From positions 10,416,001-10,480,000 of the forward strand of contig NC_043017.1 in NCBI RefSeq assembly GCF_006345805.1: a stretch of 64,000 nt of DNA, in the 5' to 3' direction. The translations under genes and the position numbers were made by a program. This document shows positions 38,754 through 51,470 of this stretch, in pieces. The stretch comes from Octopus sinensis. Lineage: Eukaryota. The notes beneath the pieces were generated by a model. The model saw nothing but the letters and a program-made list of their open reading frames with translations. It searched no databases and was not told where the DNA came from. Positions within the stretch are counted from its first letter, which is position 1. Every line of letters starts with the position of its first letter.

Positions 38754-39866
38754 GATATATATAGTTTTCTTTCTCACTTTCTCTCTGTGTCACTCGTTAA
38801 ATCCAAACCTACCATTTAGGTGAGCTCCACTGATTGAGTGCGATTAAGAAGTCGGAATCACTTTCAATTGTAGGTCACTAGGTTCAATCCTACAAGACGA
38901 CACATTGTGTTATTCCCAAGTAATTATTATTATTAGTATCACCACCACCACCACCACCACCACTACTAACAGACACTTTGGATGCTTTTCAGTCAACCCA
39001 GCTAAAATGTGTTTGTTTTTGGTTGAGTTCTTTTTTTTTTGCTTCAAGAGAAAAAAAAATAACGGTAAAAAGAATAATAAAAAAACACGATAAAATATTT
39101 TATGGAATAAGACAAGACATGGTTTGTGGCGTTGAGAGAGAGGGGGGTGAAAGGGCTAGACAGTTGGTTAAGTGCTTAGTAACTAGCTCCGCTCTACTCA
39201 CTCCAGTGGTTCATAGTGAGTGAGTTGTCAGCTAATGTAGCTTTCTACACACAGACAGCTGTTACTCTTCAACTTTTTCTTACCTCGGAGAACAGAGAGA
39301 AATATGGAGATTAACAACAGAGCTAAGCCTAACCTTTTCAGTAAGTTAATAAACTACTATATGGATTGGGATTTCTCTTCCTTGGTTGTATAGGAACAGG
39401 CATGGCCACAGCCTTGGGAACAGGGGTAACAAGGGGTATCAACGGAGCACCTAAATTTTTTTTTTTTTTTTTTTTGTAAGAAGGGGTACAAATCAAACGC
39501 TTTGAACATCCCCCCTGAAGAACTTCATCACCAAAACAAATAAGCCTAGAAATGTTTTTGGACTGATTTGAAACAGGATTTTTCCCATTTTGGGATTTAT
39601 CTGGTTTCATTGATGCACAAATTTTTGTTTGTTGAGATATTAAGATTGAAAACATCAACCTTGTTTGTAAAAAAATTTTGGACCTGGATTTGTACCACCT
39701 AAGCAAATGTCCTTACCGAGGCAGGGCCTCAGCATGGCCACATTTGAATGCCTAAAACAAGTAAAAGTGAATATATAATTCTGAATATATAGAGAGATAG
39801 ATATATCGAGGTATGTAAAAAAGGGGAAAATAGAAAGCTTCTGACAATGTGGAAAGTTTAAGAAAA

Positions 39867-39904
39867 CCTCTATATTTCAGGCACAAAGGCCCACCTTCAG
39901 AAGA
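39867..39904 (-). ncRNA. Minimal hammerhead-like motif, left arm of second palindrome
   Basis: Minus strand TCTT-CTGAAGG-T-GGGC(ctttgt)GCCT-GAAA-TA-T-A-GAGG; A9>G. Confidence 0.5.
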
Positions 39905-40030
39905 CAAGAAGAGTCTGAGAAAAGTCCAGTCATGTAGGTTCTGTTAACCCACTGAAATTCTCTAATGTTATGCAACATTAGGGAATTTCAATGGAACTTA
40001 CATAACTGGACTTTTCTCAGACCCTTCTTT

Positions 40031-40068
40031 TCTTCTGAAGGTGGGCCTTTGTGCCTGAAATATAAAGG
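40031..40068 (+). ncRNA. Minimal hammerhead-like motif, right arm of second palindrome
   Basis: TCTT-CTGAAGG-T-GGGC(ctttgt)GCCT-GAAA-TA-T-A-AAGG; ATAT palindromic stem III, A9>G. Confidence 0.5.
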
Positions 40069-40283
40069 TTTTATTAAACCTTCTACATTGTCAGAAGCTT
40101 TCTATTTTCTCTCTTTTTACATTCCTTGATATTACAATGCTTTAAGCAAACTACAGTACTCATATGTGTGTGTGTGTGTATCTGACTCATGTGAAAGTGT
40201 ATTGGCTCAGTGGTTAGCGTGTCAGAGTATTTGGGTGTCAATTTGAGGACAGTGCAATCTGAGGACATGTACCAATAGGGATA

Positions 40284-40859
40284 AATATCAAACATCCAGT
40301 CAATATCATGGTGTTTGGAGTGATCACTAGTGATGACACTATGCCTTCATTCACCTTCCTACATGGCCTCAGACTCAACACAGAAGCCTACATCAAGTTC
40401 CTGAAGGAGGTAGTGCTGCCCTGGGTCAAGAGGGTGGCTGCTGGGAGACCCTATGTCTGGCAACAGGACTCTGCACCATACCGCACAAGCAGGAGAACCT
40501 AGTCATAGCTGTCAAACAATTCCTGCAACCACATTACCCCTAACATCTGGCCACCTAACTCCCCAGACTGCAAACCCCTTGACTATTATGTGTGGGTCGG
40601 AGTCGAGTGAGAGACCAACAAAACTCCTTGTAACACCAAAGATGAACTGAAGGCAAGGATTATGGCAGCATTCACCAATTTAAACAAGAGCATCCAGAAG
40701 AGTTGCAGGAGATTCTGAAGTCGTCTGGAGGCCGTGGTTGAAGCTTTAGTATTTCAAGATGTTTTTCTGTAATTTTGGTAAATATACATGTTAAAATGAG
40801 ATGTCAGCATTATTTTCATTTTTGTGTAATTTAGACAGCAATATATTCACCGCACCCTG
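40284..40859 (+). pseudogene. Tc1/mariner superfamily DD37D (maT) transposase 3' fragment with right TIR
   Basis: MVFGVITSD...YVWQQDSAP...WPPNSPDCKPLDYYVW; 37 residues between the second and third Asp; in-frame stops; ends CACCCTG+TA. Confidence 0.9.
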
Positions 40860-41144
40860 TATATATAGGCTCAGAATTACAAAGTAGGTAAGCTGTGAGT
40901 CAAAGGTAGAGAGAACAGAAAGTGGACAGTATACAATAAGGAACAATAACAATTTATGCCAATTTCCAACTCCTGGATTCTATTTTTATACATAGAAATA
41001 AAATAGAAGCTCCACCCAATTGCTGAAAACATGAAGTGGTGTTTCTTCAAATCATTCATCGGATCAGTACTTCTCTGAGGTTCTCCTGCAAGAACACTGA
41101 ACAAGAGACTTGAAATGAAGCTTGGCAGTGCATATGTGACAATG

Positions 41145-41465
41145 TGTCATGCAGTTCTCGATCTGTCTTGGCAGCAGCACCCTACGAAGCTGCAACTGTA
41201 TGGCAAGTCTTCTTGCCATCAATTTGGTTAATCAAAGCAAGAGGAACACAGGATGGAGAACACAGCTGGAGAAACAAGGAAGAAATATCTATGGGTCTCC
41301 TTTTCTAGAAATCCACACATGGACATGTAGGAATTAGCAGACAGAGAAGGGCAGAACTGGATCCACTTGTAGAAGTCACTGGATATCAGTTGAGGATATG
41401 AAGACTGTTCTGGAAGATAGGGAAATCTAGCATGGAAAAGCTGCATTGGTCTGGGCAACCTGCCC
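41145..41465 (+). pseudogene. RTE-clade LINE 3' fragment
   Basis: AVLDLSWQQHPTKLQLYG, then after a frameshift HSWRNKEEI...THGHVGISRQ. Confidence 0.78.
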
Positions 41466-41519
41466 CCCAAATAGATAAACAGAACAGGATAATTTCATCG
41501 ACACTCACACACATATGGG

Positions 41520-41901
41520 GGAAGCACTCCATCGGTTACGATGACGAGGGTTCCGGTTGATCCGATCAACGGAACAGCCTGCTCGTGAAATTAACGTGTA
41601 AGTGGCTGAGGACTCCACAGACACGTGTACCCTTAACGTAGTTCTCGGGGATATTCAGCGTGACACACAGAGTGACAAGGCCGGCCCTTTGAAATACAGG
41701 TACAACAGAAACAGGAAGTAAGAGTGAGAGAAAGTTGTGGTGAAAGAGTACAGCAGGGATCACCACCATCCCTGCCGGAGCCTCGTGGAGCTTTAGGTGT
41801 TTTCGCTCGATAAACACTCACAACGCCCAGTCTGGGAATCGAAACCGCGATCCTACGACCGCGAGTCCGCTGCCCTAACCACTGGGCCATTGCGCCTCCA
41901 C
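41520..41901 (-). mobile_element. SINE family C, tail type 1
   Basis: Nearly identical to 17986-18370. Confidence 0.92.
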
Positions 41902-42819
41902 ACACATATATACATATATAGTGCCAAACATATTCATTACACAAAGCCAGACACAGGCTCTTTTATGTAGTCACTTGATCTACTAGAACTGACAGCTTAA
42001 ATCTGTATCAAATCACATGCCCTAGCACCGAAAACCAGCAAATGAAGAGAAAATAGAAAATAAAGGAAGGTCACTTTTGACAATGTAGTCCAAGATAGAC
42101 AAAAGGCAGTGCTGGTCACTACTAGGAATTTCTTTGATCACAGGATTGTTCAACCAAGACTAACAAGGAGTTCAACAACATTACATAACCAACGATAGAT
42201 AGATAGATAGACTGATAGATGGGAGAAAGAAAGGATGACAGATAGACAGATATGTATAGATATGTATCTATACACATATATACATATACCGGCACAAACA
42301 TACATATGTACATACATACATACATATGTACATACAAACATACATACACACACACATATATATGTATGTATGTATGTATATATATGTATATATATGTATA
42401 TTTAAAAATAACTTAAAGAATGCCACAAATACAGGTTTGAATGAGAAAGTATCGTTTTCTTTTTCATTTAGAAATTTTCAGTTATTTTGTTATTATTATT
42501 ATTATTATTATTATATTATTATTATTATTTATATTTTAACAATTTCTTTTCCTTTTGTCTCTGTACTTACTCTCTATTCGGACAGGCCAAAGCTTGCAGA
42601 GTTCCCAGGGAATTGTTTAAGTAAATAAAATAAAAAAAAAAGCAAATAAAAAAAATGAGAAAAAACTATAAACGAACTGTGCCGTTAGTAAAAAAAAAAA
42701 AAAAATAAATGAAAAGAGAGCAGAAAGTAAAAAAAAAAGGGGAAGAAATAAAAAGAAGAAAAAAAATGCTTTGTTTTGTCTTTCTGACAAAACTTTGGAA
42801 ATAACATGAAACAGGTTCA

Positions 42820-42850
<31 letters not shown>

Positions 42851-43317
42851 ATAAAAAACATAAGTCACTATAAAGTAGTTTTTGGTAATCACACACACAC
42901 ACACACACACACACACAAATAGCGAGACAATTGAAATACCTACATATATATGAATTTCTGTGTGTGTATGTATATATATATATATACACATATATATACT
43001 TGTATGTGCATGTGTGTAAGCATAAACATATATGTACGTATATATATATGTGTGTGCTTATATATATATATATATATATACATACACACACATAACAATA
43101 ATGTCATTTTCAACTGCTGTTGTTCTTGTTCTACTTGTTATGGGTGTGGTGCTGAGAATCATAACACAAGATATGGAGTATTAAACAGATGAGAGACAAG
43201 AGTGAGTTTGTGATTCGGGGTTTCTACAATGAAAATATATTCGTTAGAACTGCTTCCATGATGTATGTGGAGTTGAGTTCATTCATAATCCAACAGAAAT
43301 TGGGGGAGATTTGGGGT

Positions 43318-43353
<36 letters not shown>

Positions 43354-43356
<3 letters not shown>

Positions 43357-44030
43357 GCTACATGTGTATTTTTGAATGTGTGTGTGTATGTGTATGCCTG
43401 TGTGTGTTGCTACATGTGTATTTTTGAATGTGTGTGTGTGTATGTGTATGCCTGTGTGTGTTGCTACATGTGTATTTTTGAATGTGTGTGTGTATGTGTA
43501 TGTCTGTGTGTGTTGCTACATGTGTATTTTTGAATGTGTGTGTGTGTGTGTGTGTGTGTATGCCTGTGTGTGTTGCTACATGTGTATTTTTGAATGTGTG
43601 TGTGTGTGTATGTGTATGCTGTGTGTGTTGCTACATGTGTATTTTTGAATGTGTGTGTGTGTGTATGTGTATGCCTGTGTGTGTTGCTACATGTGTATTT
43701 TTGAATGTGTGTGTGTGTGTGTATGTTACTGCATGTCTGTCTCTATGGTTTTGCATATGCTTGTGTGTGTGTGTGTGTGCGTTGCTACATGTGTGTTGCT
43801 ACATGTGTATTTTTGAATGTGTGTGTGTATGTGTATGCCTGTGTGTGTTGCTTCATGTGTGTTGCTACATGTGTATTTTTGAATGTGTGTGTGTGTATGT
43901 GTATGCCTGTGTGTGTTGCTTCATGTGTGTTGCTACATGTGTATTTTTGAATGTGTGTGTGTGTGTGTGTATGTTACTGCATGTCTGTCTCTATGGTTTT
44001 GCATATGCTTGTGTGTGTGTGTGTGTGTGT
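43354..44030. repeat. Minisatellite, 10 units of about 52-60 bp built on (TG)n
   Basis: Unit core TTGCTACATGTGTATTTTTGAATG counted 10 times; a variant block TTACTGCATGTCTGTCTCTATGGTTTTGCATATGC occurs twice. Confidence 0.95.
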
Positions 44031-44165
44031 ATCTTTTTTTAACATTTGAGTTTTTGATGTGTGTGTGTGTTTGTGTGTGTTTCTACCTGCATGTGTATGT
44101 GTTTGCGTGTGTGTTCATATGTCTTAGACAGTGACAATACTAAAGTTCTGACCCCTACACTTCAG

Positions 44166-44211
44166 TTACAAAGAGAGACGTCACTGAATACGATAACTGT
44201 TTCGTAAATTG
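44166..44211 (+). CDS. Weak candidate exon (46 nt, phase 1-2), opposite strand
   Basis: ttCTGACccctacacttcAG| TKRDVTEYDNCFVN |GTGAGT; single open frame. Confidence 0.25.
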
Positions 44212-44316
44212 GTGAGTTTGAGGAGTTAAAAATATTGGTAACAAGGAGAAGAATCACAGTGGCACAATAATGTTTGGGTGGTGGTGGTCACAGGATGTGC
44301 CACAAATATTGTGTCT

Positions 44317-44542
44317 CGAGCTGGCAGACACGTTAGTGCGCCGGGCGAAATGCTTAGGGGTATTTCGTCTGTCGTTACGTTCTGAGTTCAAATTCCGCCG
44401 AGGTCAACTTTGCCTTTCATCCTTTCGGGGTCGATAAATAAAGTACCAGTTTTGCACTGGGGTCGATATAATCAACTCAATCCCTTCGTCTGTCCTTGTT
44501 TGTCCCCTCTATGTTTAGCCCCTTGTGGGCAGTAAAGAAATA
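44317..44542 (+). mobile_element. SINE family A
   Basis: Same head, core and tail. Confidence 0.9.
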
Positions 44543-44861
44543 TATAGTAAGAAGGATCAACGGAGAGGTTCGTGTTCCACACATGTATGCATGTTATATA
44601 TGTGTGTGCAAACAGAGCAGAACGTATGTATGTGTGTGTGTGTGTGTGTGTGATAATCTTTGGTGCTATTTGCTTGCTCCATGTGAAGAAGGGAAAAAAA
44701 CAAAAAGGAAAAAAATAAACAATAAAATGGTGAAAATCTCGTGTGAATTGGCTGAGGAAGCAACCAAAGATTCCTTTCAAGTATGAAATTACAAGAGATA
44801 AGATGCAGAAACACTTGTCTACTTCTATTGTTGTCGAAACTCATAGGAAAAAAAAAAACGC

Positions 44862-44917
<56 letters not shown>

Positions 44918-44918
<1 letters not shown>

Positions 44919-45190
44919 CAAACAGATCAAGCCATTCAGAATAACCAAGCAGATATTGTAGTGAAAAAATCGCACTGACTAAACATATTTGCTCATAGAT
45001 ATGTTAATCCCAGCAGACCACAAAACCTCTGAGAAAAACGTTTAAAAAGCTAAATAAATACAAGAACATTGAAACAGAGATCTCAAAAACGTGGCATCTG
45101 GGTGAGGCAACTGTACCTGTGATCGGTGGAGCTTTGGGGGTAAAACCAAATGGTCCCCTTGAATATTATAGTAGAAAACCAGGAAACTTC
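44918..45190 (+). pseudogene. RLE-type (R4/Dong-like) LINE C-terminal fragment
   Basis: QTDQAIQNNQADIVVK / LLIDMLIPAD / KLNKYKNIETEISKTWHL...VPVIGGALG; restriction-like endonuclease domain pattern, frameshifted. Confidence 0.72.
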
Positions 45191-45227
45191 AACAGTAGCA
45201 GAACTACTATGTATATGTATATATATA

Positions 45228-45420
45228 TAGGGAGAATTCACAAAAAAACAAAAGATAAAGACAGGTGGTGTAGACAACAAACAGATGTATTAGTATAACA
45301 CTCGGGAAGTGAAAGGGTCTTTAATGTTTCGAGCCTACGCTCTTCCACAGAAAGGAACACAGAAGGAAACAGGGAGAGAAAATAAAGAATGTGTAGTGGC
45401 TAGCGTTCTATCATGGTGAT
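45228..45420 (-). mobile_element. PLE-like terminal repeat fragment
   Basis: Related to 24163-24350; abuts a (TA)n tract. Confidence 0.6.
45319..45354 (-). ncRNA. Minimal hammerhead-like motif (same class as 24263-24300), decayed
   Basis: Minus strand CTTT-CTGTGGA-A-GAGC(gtag)GCTC-GAAA-CA-T-T-AAAG; the stem III palindrome is broken by CG>CA. Confidence 0.55.
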
Positions 45421-45512
45421 GTCCTGTACTTAATGTGTATTTTTTATTTATTTTATTTATTTATTTTTTATTTATAATTGAACACCACACAGTCTTGTCC
45501 ACAGTAAATTTT

Positions 45513-45552
<40 letters not shown>

Positions 45553-48500
45553 CAAAGTCCACCAAAAAAAATTAATGCACACTCCAGGAAAGGAAAAATT
45601 TGTATATTTAACTTGTATAAGTGTGTGTGTCTTTGTGTTCGCCCTCCCAAAACCACTTGATAACTGGTGTTGGTGTGTTTATGTCCCTGTAACAAAACAG
45701 TTCCTCAAAAGAGAGCGATAGAATAATTACTAGGCTTAAAAAATAATAAGCCCTGGAGTCTAGTGTTCAACTAAAACCAACAAAAAAATAACAGTAACAG
45801 TAAGTGAAATAAACAGACAAGCTTCTATACCTGTTCTTTTCATTTTAAAATACTCCATCTTAGTCCTTCAGAAATTTTTACCAAGAAGCTGACACTTGGA
45901 AGTACCTTCAACACCCTGCCCCACCACACCCCACTCTCACCCTGATTTACCACACACCTTTCATTCTGTTTTCTTTTGTTTGTCTTTTTTTCTCCTCCTC
46001 TAGACATCGACCGGTAAATGTTCTGGCAGGGCATTGACCACATCTGTATCTGTCGGTCGGTCTTAACCAATCTAATAGGGCCTGTAAAGGTCATTGGCAC
46101 AGCAACTGCTACATACACCACTGCCTCACTTACTAGAAAAGTGAACTTAAATAAAATAAAATTAAACTAAAAAAAAAAAAAAAAACAGAAAACAGATAAG
46201 ATCTGACCCACCCTGAAATATCACAACTTTTTATGATAAAACTATGTCATTGATATCAATAGTAAATTTAACTGCATGATACTTGTATGATTATGAGAGT
46301 GTACTACTGAGTGAGATCAATGTTCTATATATTTAGACCATCATCATTATCATCATTGTCCTGAGCATCCAATAGTGGAGCCTGGCTCTGGTGTTCCAGG
46401 GCTTTGATGGGTGTGGCACCAGCTCTTATCCACTATTGTCCCCAGGTTTGCTCTGACCTAGAGTAGTGGCATCTGTCAGGCTCCCAGCTATCAGTCAATT
46501 AGCATATTATAGAAAAAATTCCAAACACAAATGCTCTTTGCCTTACAAGTGTCTTGGGAAAGGAAAAAACTACAGGGGAGAATTTTAACAGCAAATCAAG
46601 GAACAGAATTCTTCAGAGAGTCTGGTATCCTCTTAGATATTCTTCCAGCAATTCCTGGCTAGGTGGAGCTCTCCAGCCCTGTAAGACAATCCACTTAGAA
46701 GAAGGCCACTCCAATGCAAAGCCTACAGTTTGCTGGTCACCACAGCTATCTGAGTTTGTTAAGCCACTGTGGTCAAACCTTCATGTCTAAAGAGTGGGAT
46801 CAGATTGCATGGATTAACTCTTACTTTAAAACTATAAAACACAGGAAAGAAGCAAAGCTTTGCAGTGTTGAGATTTGGTTTAAATAGCAACTTGAGGGTG
46901 TGTCACTCTCCCTCATGATCTGTGGACACAAAGAAACTGCCAGCATTATTATTTAACACACCTTTGTCCATGCAGGAATGGATTGGACAGTTTGAGAGGA
47001 ACCAATGTATCAGACGATGCACTAAGCTCCAATGTCTGCTGCTTTGGCATGGTTTATACAACTGGATGCCCTTCATAATGTCCTACAGCTGGATGCCCTT
47101 CGTAATGTCCTTCTACAGCTGGATGCCCTTCACAATGCCAACCACATTACAGTGTGTTACTGGATGCTTTTTTCTTGGTACCCACGCTCGTGAGGTCACC
47201 AGGTAATTTCATAGCTCTGAGATTTTGATGATATGACTGTTTATTTTTCAGAATGACATTGTAGGGTTGGTGTGAGAGGGCAGATCTGGCTGGTTTGAGT
47301 TTAAAACAGGTAGAACATTTGGCACCCATCTGACTGATTTAAATGCTAAAGGATGAAGACGGTGGGGTAAGACTTGAATGCCATGTGACTGCTATTTCTA
47401 GCAGGTTAACCAACTACAGAGAGGCCCAACCATCATTAGCTTTTGGACACAGTGGCTTTTGGACAGAAATTTTGGCAGAAAGAAGAGTTTGGTCATTAAC
47501 ATGAGAAATGGTTGTTTTTTTGTAAGTCTAAATTAGGTTCAGATTACTCTGACAAATGTGAAACTTATTTTTTCACATCATTTTCAGTTAATCACGCATC
47601 ATCTCATAGCTTCAAGCTTCCAATGATGTGATAGGTTAATTTTGAAATGACATTGTAGGGTAGGTGTCAAAAGCTGGATCTGGTTGGTTTGAACATAGAA
47701 CAGGTAGAATGTTTGGACTGGGTGTGGTCGGTTTAAATGCTCGAAGCACAGTACTTTAAGACTGGGACATAGTGTATTGGTTCTCTTTTGCTCAACTACC
47801 AAGTTATGGGGACATAAACAAACCAACACCGGTTGGTTCCCAAGAGGGATATGCACAAACGCACAATGACATACATATGCACAAACATTCATACAAACAC
47901 ACATACACAATAGTTTTCCACACAGTTTCCATTTCCCAGTTTCACTCACAAGGCATTGGTCAGCCCTGAGCTAGAATAGAAGAGACACTTGCTCAAGGTG
48001 TCATGCAGCGGGGGGGCGGAACCCGAAGCCACATGGCTGCAAAACCAAGCTTCTTAACCACATCATGGCCTTTAGAAACCAATTTGTAAAAAAAAAAAAA
48101 AAAAAACTAGAGATGAATAAATAAATTTAAATAAAATATCATTTCATATCCTATCCAATCATTAGCATCACCATCATCATCTGTCTTTAACAATAATGGT
48201 TTTAACTTACAACCATCCTCTCTCTCTCTCTCTCACTCACAAACACACACATATATAGAGACATACATAGACCAAGAGATGAGTTTCACACCAGACTTCT
48301 CTCTCTATCTCTCAAATCCTTACATAACACATACATCAGTTATAATGGGTTTTTCCCCTTCTCGATTTGCTCCAACATGGCTTTTAATTTAACCTCCAGG
48401 CGGGGCTAGGTTTCCTTTCACCTGTCATCCAATGAAGAAGATTGAAACATGCTTTTTTAAATAGCATAGTTGCAGGGCAACAGACAAATATAGACTCTGT

Positions 48501-48862
48501 GTGTGTGTGTGTGTTTGTTGATATTTCCTCACTCAGTAGTAAACAGGGTTGGTAGGTGGGTGGATGGATGGAAAGAGGGACAGACAGTGAGATATTAAAG
48601 GACAAGAAGAACAGTGAAGCGGAGAGATGAGACTAGAAAGAGAGGAGCAGGCTAGGGGAGAGAGGGGGAGAGAGAGGAAGAGAGAATTGAGAAAGAGAAA
48701 GACACACAGACAAAGAAACAGATGAAAGGGGGAGAGAGCTAAACAGTAGGACATTTAGTGAGAATAGGGAGAGTGGAAGAAAGAGGAAAGGTGAGAAAGA
48801 GAGGGAGTAGACCAGAACATTAGAGGGAATTAAAAAAGGAGAAGAGCTGATAAGCAGTCAAT

Positions 48863-48909
<47 letters not shown>

Positions 48910-49436
48910 TAAGGGACAGTGAGAGAAGAAAAGGACCATGATGGGAACTGGACAGGTGTCTCTGACCAATATTGACCAATGGCTTGTGAGTGAATTTCAC
49001 AGATGGAAACTGAATGGAAGCCTGTAGGATAGATGGATAGATAGATAGATAATGTCTCTGTGTGTATGCATATGTGTGTATATTGTGTGTGTTTTTGTGG
49101 TTGTCCCTGCCACCACCACCACCACCACCATCACCACCACCAGACAGACCATTGTTTGGCCACAGGGAATTATTACCTTATCTGGAAACAGGTGAGGATT
49201 GATGACAGGAATGGCCTCCAGCTGTGAACATCTGCTTCAGTAAACCCCATCCATGGAAAAGTGGATGTTAAAATGACAATGATGATGGTGATGATGATGA
49301 TGATGATGATAACAGTATTGCTGCTGCCACTCTGATGCTCTGCCAGAAGACATTTACTAAAATGACCATCCAGTGGAATTGAATCCAGAAGCAAACTTCC
49401 TAACCACATAGCTATGCCTGTACCCATTAATATTTA

Positions 49437-49635
49437 CTGTATTTGATGCCATAAACGTGCCTGGACCATTTCAGATGCACCCCGATTTCAGTAGCACATA
49501 TTCAGGTGAAAAAGTCTTTAGTGCATGAAAGCTTGTAGGAGGCCAAACATCATATAAAAGCCCCAGGGGGGTGATTTTTATCTGAGACATTTTTTTGGAG
49601 AAAAGAAAATGTGTTTTATATGCCTTCAAATACGG
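49437..49635. mobile_element. Tc1/mariner-type MITE
   Basis: TA|CTGTATTTGATGCCATA...TATGCCTTCAAATACGG|TA. Confidence 0.7.
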
Positions 49636-50049
49636 TAACCAATCCCTAAAAGATTAAAGGTAACTCTAGCAGTAATACAAATAAACATAAAGAGCCCTGC
49701 CTCTTTGCACCAATACTACGGATGGCTAAACAGGGTGGACTCCAGCAGGGCCTGAAATCTAGAACAACAAACATGAAAGCAACACAGATCTACAGAAGAT
49801 AGCAAAACCACATCTACCAATTGCACCGGTTTCCCCCACACACAGGAGGGCTGTCATTGTAGTCATCACTTATTTGATTACAAATTAATTAATTAATTAA
49901 TGAAAACTATTAATAGACAAATTGGATGCCAAGATATAGGCTGATATATAGTGCTAGAATGAAAGTTCTCTCTTGCTGAGATACAAAAGTTCACTGATAG
50001 CACAAATACATATATATATATATATATACATACACACACACACACACGT

Positions 50050-50096
<47 letters not shown>

Positions 50097-50105
50097 GTAT
50101 ATGTA

Positions 50106-50148
<43 letters not shown>

Positions 50149-50232
50149 TACATATTCGTGTATATATATATATACACACACATACATATACGTGTATATA
50201 TAAATATATATATATACACATACATATACGTG

Positions 50233-50266
<34 letters not shown>

Positions 50267-51208
50267 TACATACATACACATACGTGTGTGTAGGTATGAG
50301 CATGTAAGTTTATGCATGCATGCATTTATAATAGATACTTGAGAGGGAGATAGATAGATAGTCTTGAGCTTCGTAACTATCAAGAGAACTCTTCAATATG
50401 TTACTCAATACATCATCATTGTTTCACATCCATGCTGTTCCATGCTAAGGTGGATTGGATGGTTAGATAGGCTCCAATGGCTTCAAGAACTGCACTGAAC
50501 TCCAATCTCTGCTCTGGCAAGGTTTCTAAAGCCAGGCAGACACTTTTGCTGGATGCCTAACGGTATTTGTGGAGGTCACAATCTTGTCCCACTATAATAC
50601 TATCATTACAGAATGTGATGCAATAATGAGCAAGAAGTTCATTTTGCAACCACAAGGTCCGGGCATGGGTTGGACATTTTGACAAGAACTGACAAGGTAG
50701 AGGACTGTGCCAAGCTCCAATGTCTGCTTCGGCATGGTTTCTGCAGATGGATGCCCTTCCTAATGCCAACCACTTCACAGAATGCACTGGGTGTTTTCCC
50801 ATGGCAATGACACAAGTGACTCACAAGAGAAGACCCTACCCTCAACTGAGTGGAGATGGAGTACGGGTGATGAAAAAAAAAGGAAGGATGAGTGACTGTG
50901 TCAGGAATACCTACCTGAAAGGAGATGATACAAGACTGCCTCAACTCTGAAGAGTTAGACTGAGTTAAGTACAGTCTTGTCCTGAACCCTAGCAATAAAT
51001 TAGACAGAGATAGGGGACAGCGGATCTGTGGGGGGGGGGGACCAAAGGTCAGAGTACGAGGGTCAGTCACTTCATGTTAATCAATCTTTTCCTCTGGATG
51101 CAGTCTTTGGTGATTTTTCTTTCTTTGTGTCCATGAAAAATGGAAGTCTAAGTTACCCCTGAGAAATTTGAACTTAGAATGGAGAGAATCAGAACAAATA
51201 CAACATTG

Positions 51209-51470
51209 AATCATCATCATCATCATTCGTTTAACATCCGTTTTCCATGATAGCATGGGTTGGACAGTTCAACTGGAGTCTGGAAAGCCAGAAGGCTGCG
51301 TCAGGCCCAGTCTGATCTGGCAGTGTTTCTACGGCTGGATGCCCTTCCTAACGCCAACCACTCCATGAGTGTAGCGGGTGCTTTTTACGTGCCACCTGCA
51401 CAGGTGCCAGATGAGGCTGGCAAACGGCCACGATTGGATGGTGCATTTTGCGTGCCACTGGCACGTAAAA
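51209..51470 (-). mobile_element. SINE-like family D
   Basis: Matches 32847-33102. Confidence 0.85.

Larger units (their letters stand above)
39803..40132. mobile_element. Older palindromic (foldback) element with a hammerhead-like motif in each arm
   Basis: Arms of about 165 bp, visibly diverged, around a 4-nt loop (CTAATGTT-atgc-AACATTAG at 39962-39981). Confidence 0.7.

Noticed and set aside
39420-39705. Possible Kolobok-like DNA element remnant
   Set aside because: Only one plausible terminus (GTACCACCT) and no matching TIR or TSD.
43354-44030. CRISPR-like array
   Set aside because: The 'spacers' are TG slippage variants, not unique sequence; eukaryotic context and no cas genes.
46540-46800. 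Possible RTE 5' UTR fragment
   Set aside because: Only vague motif resemblance and no adjacent ORF.
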